NCBI RefSeq assembly: GCF_009914755.1 | Contig: NC_060942.1 | From: the human T2T-CHM13v2.0 reference genome, Homo sapiens | Direction: 5' to 3' (one strand) | Length of the DNA: 64,000 nt | Shown: piece after piece, positions 25,839-38,049 of the stretch | Numbering within the stretch: position 1 is the first letter of the stretch | Layout of the letters: every line of letters begins with the position of its first letter | Notes under the pieces: generated by a model | The model's database searches: none | Told to the model about the DNA's origin: nothing | What the model saw: only the letters and a program-made list of their open reading frames with translations | Position numbers and translations under genes: made by a program

Positions 25839-28800
25839 TATTCTCAGAAACTTACTCGTGATGTGTGTCCTCAACTAAAGGAGTAGAACCTTTCTTTTCA
25901 TAGAGAAGTTTTGAAACGCTCTTTTTGTGGAATCTGCAAGTGGATATTTGGCTAGTTTTGAGGATTTCGTTGGAAGCGGGAATTCATACAAATTGCAGAC
26001 TGCAGCGTTCTGAGAAACATCTTTGTGATGTTTGTATTCAGGACACAGAGTTGAACGTTCCCTATCATAGAGCAGGTTTGAATCACTCCTTTTGTAGTAT
26101 CTGGAAGTGGACATTTGGAGCGCTTTCCGGCCTCAGGTGAAAAAGGAAATATCTTCCCATAAAAACTAGACAGAAGCATTCTCAGAAACTTACTCGTGAT
26201 GTGTGTCCTCAACTAAAGGGGTAAAACCTTTCTTTTGATAGAGCAGTTTTGAAACACTCTTTTTGTAGAATCTGCAAGTGGATATTTCGATAGCTTTGTG
26301 GATTTCGTTGGAAACGGGAATATCTTCATATAAAATCTAGAGAGAAGTATTATCAGAAACTTCCTTGTGATGGTTGCATTCAAGTCACAGAGTTGAACAT
26401 TCGCTTTCATAGAGCATGTTTGAAACACTCTTTTTCCATTACCTGGAAGTGGACATTTGGAGCGCTTTGAGGCCTATGGTGAAAAAGGAAATATCTTCCC
26501 AAAAAAACTAGACAGAAGCATTCTCAGAAACTTATTTGTGATGTGTGTCCTCAACTGACAGAGTTGAACATTTCTTTTGAGAGAGCAGTTTTGAAACACT
26601 CTTTTTGTGGAATCTGCAAGTGGATATTTGGCTGGCTTTGAGGATTTCGTTGGAAACGGGAATACATATAAAAAGCAGACAGCAGCGTTCTGAGAAACTT
26701 CTTGGTGATGTTTGCATTCAAGTCACAGAATTGAACATTCCCTTTGATAGAACAGGTTTGAAACACTCCTTTTCTCATATCTGGAAGTGTCCATTCGGAG
26801 CGCATTCAGGCTTGTGTTGAAAAAGGTTATATCTTCCCATAACAACTAGACAGAAGCATTCTCAGAAACTAGTTTCTTATGTGTGTCCTGAACTAACACA
26901 GTTGAACATTTCTTTAGACAGAACAGTTTTGAAACACTCTTTTTGTGGAATTTGCAAGTGGATATTTGGCTAGATTTGAGCATTTCGTTGGAAACGGGAT
27001 TACATATAAAAAGCAGACAGCGGCATTCTCAGAAAGTTCTTTGTGATGATTGCATTCAAGTCACAGAATTGAACATTCCCTTTCACAGAGCAGGTTTGAA
27101 ACACTCTTTTTGTAGTGTGTGTAAGTGGACATTTGGAGCGCTTTCCGGCCTAAGGTGAAAAAGGAAATATCTTCCCATAAAAACTAGACAGAAGCATTCT
27201 CAGAAACTTACTCGTGATGTGTGTACTCAAGTAAAGGAGTAGAAACTTTCTTTTCATAGAGAAGTTTTGAAACGCTCTTTTTGTGGAATCTGCAAGTGGA
27301 TATTTGGCTAGTTTTGAGGATTTCGTTGGAAGCGGGAATTCATACAAATTGCAGACTGCAGCGTTCTGAGAAACATCTTTGTGATGTTTGTATTCAGGAC
27401 ACAGAGTTGAACATTCCCTATCATAGAGCAGGTTTGAATCACTCCTTTTGTACTATCTGGAAGTGGACATTTGGAGCGCTTTCAGGCCTATGTTGGAAAA
27501 GGAAATATCTTCCCATAACAAATAGACAGAAGCATTCTCAGAAACTTATTTGAGATGTGTGTACTCAACTAAGAGAATTGAACCACCGTTTTGAAGGAGC
27601 AGTTTTGAAACACTCTTTTTCTGGAATCTGCAAGTGGATATCTGGCTAGCTTTGGGGATTTCGCTGGAAGCGGGAATACATATAAAAAGCACACAGCAGC
27701 GTTCTGAGAAACTTCTTTCTGATGTTCGCATTCAAGTCAAAAGTTGAACACTCCCTTTCGTAGAGCAGTCTTGAAACTCCCCTTTTGTGGTATCTGGAAG
27801 TGGACATTTGGAGTGCTTTCAGGGCTAAGGTGAAAAAGGAAATATCTTCCCATAAAAACTGGACAGAAGCATTCTCAGAAACTTGTTTATGCTGTATCTA
27901 CTCAGCTAACAAAGTTGAACCTTTCTTTTGATAGAGCAGTTTTGAAATGCTCTTTTTGTGGAGTCTGCAAGTGGATATTTGGCTAGTTTTGAGGATTTCG
28001 TTGGAAGCGGGAATTCATACAAATTGCAGACTGCAGCGTTCTGAGAAACATCTTTGTGATGTTTGTATTCAGGACACAGAGTTGAACATTCCCTATCATA
28101 GAGCAGGTTGGAATCACTCCTTTTGTAGTATCTGGAAGTGGCCATTTCGAGCGCTTTCAGGCCTATGTTGAAAAAGGAAATATCTTCCCATAACAAGTAG
28201 ACACAAGCATTCTCAGAAACTTGTTTGTGATGTGTGCCCTCTACTGACAGAGTTGAACCTTTCTTTTCATAGAGCAGTTTCGAAACACTCTTTTTGTAGA
28301 ATCTGCAAGAGGATATTTGCATAGCTTTGAGGATTTCGTGGGAAACGGGATTGTCTTCAGGTAAAATCTAGACAGAAGCATTCTCAGAAAATTCTTCGGG
28401 ATGTTTGCATTCAAGTCACAGAGTAGAACATTCCCTTTGGTAGAGCAGGTTTGAAACACTCTTTTTGTAGTATCTGGAAGTGGACATTTGGAGCGCTTTC
28501 AGGCCTATGTTGGAAAGGGAAATATCTTCCCGTAACAACTAGGCAGAAGCATTCTCAGAAACTTATTTGAGATGTGTGTACTGAACTAAGAGAATTGAAC
28601 CACCGTTTTGAAGGAGCAGGTTTGAAACACTCTTTTTGTAGTATCTGGAAGTGGACATTTGGAGCGCTTTCAGGCCTATGTTGGAAAGGGAAATATCTTC
28701 CCGTAACAACTAGGCAGAAGCATTCTCAGAAACTTATTTGAGATGTGTGTACTCAACTAAGAGAATTGAACCACCGTTTTGAAGGAGCAGTTTTGAAACA

Positions 28801-29400
28801 CTCTTTTTCTGGAATCTGCAAGAGGATATTTGCATAGATTTGAGGATTTCGTTGGCAACGGGATTGTCTTCAGATCAAATCTAGACAGAAGCATTCTCAG
28901 AAACTTCTTTGGGATGTTTGCATTCAAGTCACAGAGTAGAACATTCCCTTTGGTAGAGCAGGTTTGAAACACTCTTTTTTTAGTATATGGAAGTGGACAT
29001 TTGGAGCGCTTTCAGGCCTACGTTGGAAAAGGAAATATCTTCCCATAACAACTAGACAGAAGCATTCTCAGAAACTAGTTTCTGATGTGTGTCCTCAACT
29101 AACACAGTTGAACATTTCTTTAGACAGAACAGTTTTGAAACACTCTCTTTGTGGAATCTGCAAGTGGATATTTGGCTAGATTTGAGGATTTCGTTGGAAA
29201 CGGGATTACATATAAAAAGCAGACAGCAGCATTCTCAGAAACTTCTTTGTGATGATTGCATTCAAGTCACAGAATTGAACATTCCCTTTCACAGAGCAGG
29301 TTTGAAACACTCTTTTTGTAGTGTGTGTAAGTGGACATTTGGAGCGCTTTCCGGCCTAAGGTGAAAAAGGACATATCTTCCCATAAAAACTAGACAGAAG
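25839..29400 (+). repeat. 21-mer HOR copy
   Basis: Same order as 60-3621, 3562 bp. Confidence 0.93.
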
Positions 29401-32400
29401 CATTCTCAGAAACTTACTCGTGATGTGTGTCCTCAACTAAAGGAGTAGAACCTTTCTTTTCATAGAGAAGTTTTGAAACGCTCTTTTTGTGGAATCTGCA
29501 AGTGGATATTTGGCTAGTTTTGAGGATTTCGTTGGAAGCGGGAATTCATACAAATTGCAGACTGCAGCGTTCTGAGAAACATCTTTGTGATGTTTGTATT
29601 CAGGACACAGAGTTGAACATTCCCTATCATAGAGCAGGTTTGAATCACTCCTTTTGTAGTATCTGGAAGTGTCCATTTGGAGCCCTTTCAGGCCTATGTT
29701 GGAAAAGGAAATATCTTCCCATAACAAATAGACAGAAGCATTCTCAGAAACTTATTTGAGATGTGTGTACTCAACTAAGAGAATTGAACCACCGTTTTGA
29801 AGGAGCAGTTTTGAAACACTCTTTTTCTGGAATCTGCAAGTGGATATTTGGCTAGCTTTGGGGATTTCGCTGGAAGCGGGAATACATATAAAAAGCACAC
29901 AGCAGCGTTCTGAGAAACTTCTTTCTGATGTTCGCATTCAAGTCAAAAGTTGAACACTCCCTTTCATAGAGCAGTCTTGAAACTCCCCTTTTGTGGTATC
30001 TGGAAGTGGACATTTGGAGTGCTTTCAGGGCTAAGGTGAAAAAGGAAATATCTTCCCATAAAAACTGGACAGAAGCATTCTCAGAAACTTGTTTATGCTG
30101 TATCTACTCAGCTAACAAAGTTGAACCTTTCTTTTGATAGAGCAGTTTTGAAATGCTCTTTTTGTGGAGTCTGCAAGTGGATATTTGGTTAGTTTTGAGG
30201 ATTTCTTTGGAAGCGGGAATTCATACAAATTGCAGACTGCAGCGTTCTGAGAAACATCTTTGTGATGTTTGTATTCAGGACACAGAGTTGAACATTCCCT
30301 ATCATAGAGCAGGTTGGAATCACTCCTTTTGTAGTATCTGGAAGTGGACATTTGGAGCGCTTTCAGGCCTATGTTGAAAAAGGAAATATCTTCCCATAAC
30401 AAGTAGACACAAGCATTCTCAGAAACTTGTTTGTGATGTGTGCCCTCTACTGACAGAGTTGAACCTTTCTTTTCATAGAGCAGTTTCGAAACACTCTTTT
30501 TGTAGAATCTGCAAGAGGATATTTGCATAGCTTTGAGGATTTCGTGGGAAACGGGATTGTCTTCAGGTAAAATCTAGACAGAAGCATTCTCAGAAAATTC
30601 TTCGGGATGTTTGCATTCAAGTCACAGAGTAGAACATTCCCTTTGGTAGAGCAGGTTTGAAACACTCTTTTTGTAGTATCTGGAAGTGGACATTTGGAGC
30701 GCTTTCAGGCCTATGTTAGAAAGGGAAATATCTTCCCCTAACAACTAGGCAGAAGCATTCTCAGAAACTTATTTGAGATGTGTGTACTGAACTAAGAGAA
30801 TTGAACCACCGTTTTGAAGGAGCAGGTTTGAAACACTCTTTTTGTAGTATCTGGAAGTGGACATTTGGAGCGCTTTCAGGCCTATGTTGGAAAGGGAAAT
30901 ATCTTCCCGTAACAACTAGGCAGAAGCATTCTCAGAAACTTATTTGAGATGTGTGTACTCAACTAAGAGAATTGAACCACCGTTTTGAAGGAGCAGTTTT
31001 GAAACACTCTTTTTCTGGAATCTGCAAGAGGATATTTGCATAGATTTGAGGATTTCGTTGGCAACGGGATTGTCTTCAGATCAAATCTAGACAGAAGCAT
31101 TCTCAGAAACTTCTTTGGGATGTTTGCATTCAAGTCACAGAGTAGAACATTCCCTTTGGTAGAGCAGGTTTGAAACACTCTTTTTTTAGTATATGGAAGT
31201 GGACATTTGGAGCGCTTTCAGGCCTACGTTGGAAAAGGAAATATCTTCCCATAACAACTAGACAGAAGCATTCTCAGAAACTAGTTTCTGATGTGTGTCC
31301 TCAACTAACACAGTTGAACATTTCTTTAGACAGAACAGTTTTGAAACACTCTCTTTGTGGAATCTGCAAGTGGATATTTGGCTAGATTTGAGGATTTCGT
31401 TGGAAACGGGATTACATATAAAAAGCAGACAGCAGCATTCTCAGAAACTTCTTTGTGATGATTGCATTCAAGTCACAGAATTGAACATTCCCTTTCACAG
31501 AGCAGGTTTGAAACACTCTTTTTGTAGTGTGTGTAAGTGGACATTTGGAGCGCTTTCCGGCCTAAGGTGAACAAGGAAATATCTTCCCATAAAAACTAGA
31601 CAGAAGCATTCTCAGAAACTTACTCGTGATGTGTGTCCTCAACTAAAGGAGTAGAACCTTTCTTTTCATAGAGAAGTTTTGAAACGCTCTTTTTGTGGAA
31701 TCTGCAAGTGGATATTTGGCTAGTTTTGAGGATTTCGTTGGAAGCGGGAATTCATACAAATTGCAGACTGCAGCGTTCTGAGAAACATCTTTGTGATGTT
31801 TGTATTCAGGACACAGAGTTGAACATTCCCTATCATAGAGCAGGTTTGAATCACTCCTTTTGTAGTATCTGGAAGTGTCCATTTGGAGCCCTTTCAGGCC
31901 TATGTTGGAAAAGGAAATATCTTCCCATAACAAATAGACAGAAGCATTCTCAGAAACTTATTTGAGATGTGTGTACTCAACTAAGAGAATTGAACCACCG
32001 TTTTGAAGGAGCAGTTTTGAAACACTCTTTTTCTGGAATCTGCAAGTGGATATTTGGCTAGCTTTGGGGATTTCGCTGGAAGCGGGAATACATATAAAAA
32101 GCACACAGCAGCGTTCTGAGAAACTTCTTTCTGATGTTCGCATTCAAGTCAAAAGTTGAACACTCCCTTTCATAGAGCAGTCTTGAAACTCCCCTTTTGT
32201 GGTATCTGGAAGTGGACATTTGGAGTGCTTTCAGGGCTAAGGTGAAAAAGGAAATATCTTCCCATAAAAACTGGACAGAAGCATTCTCAGAAACTTGTTT
32301 ATGCTGTATCTACTCAGCTAACAAAGTTGAACCTTTCTTTTGATAGAGCAGTTTTGAAATGCTCTTTTTGTGGAGTCTGCAAGTGGATATTTGGTTAGTT

Positions 32401-33812
32401 TTGAGGATTTCTTTGGAAGCGGGAATTCATACAAATTGCAGACTGCAGCGTTCTGAGAAACATCTTTGTGATGTTTGTATTCAGGACACAGAGTTGAACA
32501 TTCCCTATCATAGAGCAGGTTGGAATCACTCCTTTTGTAGTATCTGGAAGTGGACATTTGGAGCGCTTTCAGGCCTATGTTGAAAAAGGAAATATCTTCC
32601 CATAACAAGTAGACACAAGCATTCTCAGAAACTTGTTTGTGATGTGTGCCCTCTACTGACAGAGTTGAACCTTTCTTTTCATAGAGCAGTTTCGAAACAC
32701 TCTTTTTGTAGAATCTGCAAGAGGATATTTGCATAGCTTTGAGGATTTCGTGGGAAACGGGATTGTCTTCAGGTAAAATCTAGACAGAAGCATTCTCAGA
32801 AAATTCTTCGGGATGTTTGCATTCAAGTCACAGAGTAGAACATTCCCTTTGGTAGAGCAGGTTTGAAACACTCTTTTTGTAGTATCTGGAAGTGGACATT
32901 TGGAGCGCTTTCAGGCCTATGTTAGAAAGGGAAATATCTTCCCCTAACAACTAGGCAGAAGCATTCTCAGAAACTTATTTGAGATGTGTGTACTGAACTA
33001 AGAGAATTGAACCACCGTTTTGAAGGAGCAGGTTTGAAACACTCTTTTTGTAGTATCTGGAAGTGGACATTTGGAGCGCTTTCAGGCCTATGTTGGAAAG
33101 GGAAATATCTTCCCGTAACAACTAGGCAGAAGCATTCTCAGAAACTTATTTGAGATGTGTGTACTCAACTAAGAGAATTGAACCACCGTTTTGAAGGAGC
33201 AGTTTTGAAACACTCTTTTTCTGGAATCTGCAAGAGGATATTTGCATAGATTTGAGGATTTCGTTGGAAACGGGATTGTCTTCAGATCAAATCTAGACAG
33301 AAGCATTCTCAGAAACTTCTTTGGGATGTTTGCATTCAAGTCACAGAGTAGAACATTCCCTTTGGTAGAGCAGGTTTGAAACACTCTTTTTTTAGTATAT
33401 GGAAGTGGACATTTGGAGCGCTTTCAGGCCTACGTTGGAAAAGGAAATATCTTCCCATAACAACTAGACAGAAGCATTCTCAGAAACTAGTTTCTGATGT
33501 GTGTCCTCAACTAACACAGTTGAACATTTCTTTAGACAGAACAGTTTTGAAACACTCTCTTTGTGGAATCTGCAAGTGGATATTTGGCTAGATTTGAGGA
33601 TTTCGTTGGAAACGGGATTACATATAAAAAGCAGACAGCAGCATTCTCAGAAACTTCTTTGTGATGATTGCATTCAAGTCACAGAATTGAACATTCCCTT
33701 TCACAGAGCAGGTTTGAAACACCCTTTTTGTAGTGTGTGTAAGTGGACATTTGGAGCGCTTTCCGGCCTAAGGTGAACAAGGAAATATCTTCCCATAAAA
33801 ACTAGACAGAAG
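29401..33812 (+). repeat. Two tandem 13-mers (29401-31606, 31607-33812)
   Basis: ORF markers 29437/31643/33849 at a 2206 period. Confidence 0.93.
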
Positions 33813-35843
33813 CATTCTCAGAAACTTACTCGTGATGTGTGTCCTCAACTAAAGGAGTAGAACCTTTCTTTTCATAGAGAAGTTTTGAAACGCTCTTTTT
33901 GTGGAATCTGCAAGTGGATATTTGGCTAGTTTTGAGGATTTCGTTGGAAGCGGGAATTCATACAAATTGCAGACTGCAGCGTTCTGAGAAACATCTTTGT
34001 GATGTTTGTATTCAGGACACAGAGTTGAACATTCCCTATCATAGAGCAGGTGGGAATCACTCCTTTTGTAGTATCTGGAAGTGGACATTTGGAGCGCTTT
34101 CAGGCCTATGTTGGAAAAGGAAATATCTTCCCATAACAAATAGACAGAAGCATTCTCAGAAACTTATTTGAGATGTGTGTACTCAACTAAGAGAATTGAA
34201 CCACCGTTTTGAAGGAGCAGTTTTGAAACACTCTTTTTCTGGAATCTGCAATTGGATATTTGGCTAGCTTTGGGGATTTCGCTGGAAGCGGGAATACATA
34301 TAAAAAGCACACAGCAGCGTTCTGAGAAACTTCTTTCTGATGTTCGCATTCAAGTCAAAAGTTGAACACTCCCTTTCATAGAGCAGTCTTGAAACTCCCC
34401 TTTTGTGGTATCTGGAAGTGGACATTTGGAGTGCTTTCAGGGCTAAGGTGAAAAAGGAAATATCTTCCCATAAAAACTGGACAGAAGCATTCTCAGAAAC
34501 TTGTTTATGCTGTATCTACTCAGCTAACAAAGTTGAACCTTTCTTTTGATAGAGCAGTTTTGAAATGCTCTTTTTGTGGAGTCTGCAAGTGGATATTTGG
34601 TTAGTTTTGAGGATTTCGTTGGAAGCGGGAATTCATACAAATTGCAGACTGCAGCGTTCTGAGAAACATCTTTGTGATGTTTGTATTCAGGACACAGAGT
34701 TGAACATTCCCTATCATACAGCAGGTTTGAATCACTCCTTTTGTAGTATCTGGAAGTGGACATTTGGAGCGCTTTCCGGCCTCAGGTGAAAAAGGAAATA
34801 TCTTCCCATAAAAACTAGGCAGAAGCATTCTCAGAAACTTACTCGTGATGTGTGTCCTCAACTAAAGGGGTAGAACCTTTCTTTTGATAGAGCAGTTTTG
34901 AAACACTCTTTTTGTAGAATCTGCAAGTGGATATTTCGATAGCTTTGTGGATTTCGTTGGAAACGGGAATATCTTCATATAAAATCTAGAGAGAAGTATT
35001 ATCAGAAACTTCCTTTTGATGGTTGCATTCAAGTCACAGAGTTGAACATTCGCTTTCATAGAGCATGTTTGAAACACTCTTTTTCCATTACCTGGAAGTG
35101 GACTTTTGGAGCGCTTTGAGGCCTATGGTGAAAAAGGAAATATCTTCCCAAAAAAACTAGACAGAAGCATTCTCAGAAACTTATTTGTGATGTGTGTCCT
35201 CAACTGACAGAGTTGAACATTTCTTTTGAGAGAGCAGTTTTGAAACACTCTTTTTGTGGAATCTGCAAGTGGATATTTGGCTGGCTTTGAGGATTTCGTT
35301 GGAAACGGGAATACATATAAAAAGCAGACAGCAGCGTTCTGAGAAACTTCTTGGTGATGTTTGCATTCAAGTCACAGAATTGAACATTCCCTTTAATAGA
35401 ACAGGTTTGAAACACTCCTTTTGTCATATCTGGAAGTGTCCATTTGGAGCGCATTCAGGCTTGTGTTGAAAAAGGAAATATCTTCCCATAACAACTAGAC
35501 AGAAGCATTCTCAGAAACTAGTTTCTGATGTGTGTCCTCAACTAACACAGTTGTACATTTCTTTAGACAGAACAGTTTTGAAACACTCTTTTTGTGGAAT
35601 CTGCAAGTGGATATTTGGCTAGATTTGAGCATTTCGTTGGAAACGGGATTACATACAAAAAGCAGACAGCGGCATTCTCAGAAAGTTCTTTGTGATGATT
35701 GCATTCAAGTCACAGAATTGAACATTCCCTTTCACAGAGCAGGTTTGAAACACTCTTTTTGTAGTGTGTGTAAGCGGACATTTGCAGCGATTTCCGGCCT
35801 AAGGTGAAAAAGGAAATATCTTCCCATAAAAACTAGACAGAAG
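33813..35843 (+). repeat. 12-mer variant ab ij kb cd ef gh, 2031 bp (also 40422-42452, 47030-49060, 58562-60592, 60593-62623)
   Basis: k-b is followed by c (ttccggcctcagg...aaaggggtag) instead of l; period 2031 (34524->36555, 59273->61304->63335). Confidence 0.92.
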
Positions 35844-38049
35844 CATTCTCAGGAACTTACTCGTGATGTGTGTACTCAACTAAAGGAGTAGAAACTTTCT
35901 TTTCATAGAGAAGTTTTGAAACGCTCTTTTTGTGGAATCTGCAAGTGGATATTTGGCTAGTTTTGAGGATTTCGTTGGAAGCGGGAATTCATACAAATTG
36001 CAGAATGCAGCGTTCTGAGAAACTTCTTTGTGATGTTTGTATTCAGGACACAGAGTTGAACATTCCCTATCATAGAGCAGGTTTGAATCACTCCTTTTGT
36101 AGTATCTGGAAGTGGACATTTGGAGCGCTTTCAGGCCTATGTTGGAAAAGGAAATATCTTCCCATAACAAATAGACAGAAGCATTCTCAGAAACTTATTT
36201 GAGATGTGTGTACTCAACTAAGAGAATTGAACCACCGTTTTGAAGGAGCAGTTTTGAAACACTCTTTTTCTGGAATCTGCAATTGGATATTTGGCTAGCT
36301 TTGGGGATTTCGCTGGAAGCGGGAATACATATAAAAAGCACACAGCAGCGTTCTGAGAAACTTCTTTCTGATGTTCGCATTCAAGTCAAAAGTTGAACAC
36401 TCCCTTTCATAGAGCAGTCTTGAAACTCCCCTTTTGTGGTATCTGGAAGTGGACATTTGGAGTGCTTTCAGGGCTAAGGTGAAAAAGGAAATATCTTCCC
36501 ATAAAAACTGGACAGAAGCATTCTCAGAAACTTGTTTATGCTGTATCTACTCAACTAACAAAGTTGAACCTTTCTTTTGATAGAGCAGTTTTGAAATGCT
36601 CTTTTTGTGGAGTCTGCAAGTGGATATTTGGTTAGTTTTGAGGATTTCTTTGGAAGCGGGAATTCATACAAATTGCAGACTGCAGCGTTCTGAGAAACAT
36701 CTTTGTGATGTTTGTATTCAGGACACAGAGTTGAACATTCCCTATCATAGAGGAGGTTGGAATCACTCCTTTTGTAGTATCTGGAAGTGGACATTTGGAG
36801 CGCTTTCAGGCCTATGTTGAAAAAGGAAATATCTTCCCATAACAAGTAGACACAAGCATTCTCAGAAACTTGTTTGTGATGTGTGCCCTCTACTGACAGA
36901 GTTGAACCTTTCTTTTCATAGAGCAGTTTCGAAACACTCTTTTTGTAGAATCTGCAAGAGGATATTTGCATAGCTTTGAGGATTTCGTGGGAAACGGGAT
37001 TGTCTTCAGGTAAAATCTAGACAGAAGCATTCTCAGAAAATTCTTCGGGATGTTTGCATTCAAGTCACAGAGTAGAACATTCCCTTTGGTAGAGCAGGTT
37101 TGAAACACTCTTTTTGTAGTATCTGGAAGTGGACATTTGGAGCGCTTTCAGGCCTATGTTGGAAAGGGAAATATCTTCCCGTAACAACTAGGCAGAAGCA
37201 TTCTCAGAAACTTATTTGAGATGTGTGTACTGAACTAAGAGAATTGAACCACCGTTTTGAAGGAGCAGGTTTGAAACACTCTTTTTGTAGTATCTGGAAG
37301 TGGACATTTGGAGCGCTTTCAGGCCTATGTTGGAAAGGGAAATATCTTCCCGTAACAACTAGGCAGAAGCATTCTCAGAAACTTATTTGAGATGTGTGTA
37401 CTCAACTAAGAGAATTGAACCACCGTTTTGAAGGAGCAGTTTTGAAACACTCTTTTTCTGGAATCTGCAAGAGGATATTTGCATAGATTTGAGGATTTCG
37501 TTGGAAACGGGATTGTCTTCAGATCAAATCTAGACAGAAGCATTCTCAGAAACTTCTTTGGGATGTTTGCATTCAAGTCACAGAGTAGAACATTCCCTTT
37601 GGTAGAGCAGGTTTGAAACACTCTTTTTTTAGTATATGGAAGTGGACATTTGGAGCGCTTTCAGGCCTACTTTGGAAAAGGAAATATCTTCCCATAACAA
37701 CCAGACAGAAGCATTCTCAGAAACTAGTTTCTGATGTGTGTCCTCAACTAACACAGTTGAACATTTCTTTAGACAGAACAGTTTTGAAACACTCTCTTTG
37801 TGGAATCTGCAAGTGGATATTTGGCTAGATTTGAGGATTTCGTTGGAAACGGGATTACATATAAAAAGCAGACAGCAGCATTCTCAGAAACTTCTTTGTG
37901 ATGATTGCATTCAAGTCACAGAATTGAACATTCCGTTTCACAGAGCAGGTTTGAAACACTCTTTTTGTAGTGTGTGTAAGTGGACATTTGGAGCGCTTTC
38001 CGGCCTAAGGTGAACAAGGAAATATCTTCCCATAAAAATTAGACAGAAG
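35844..38049 (+). repeat. 13-mer (also 42453-44657 with a 1-bp deletion, and 52452-54657)
   Basis: Order ab ij kb lm n op gh; 2206/2205 bp. Confidence 0.92.
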
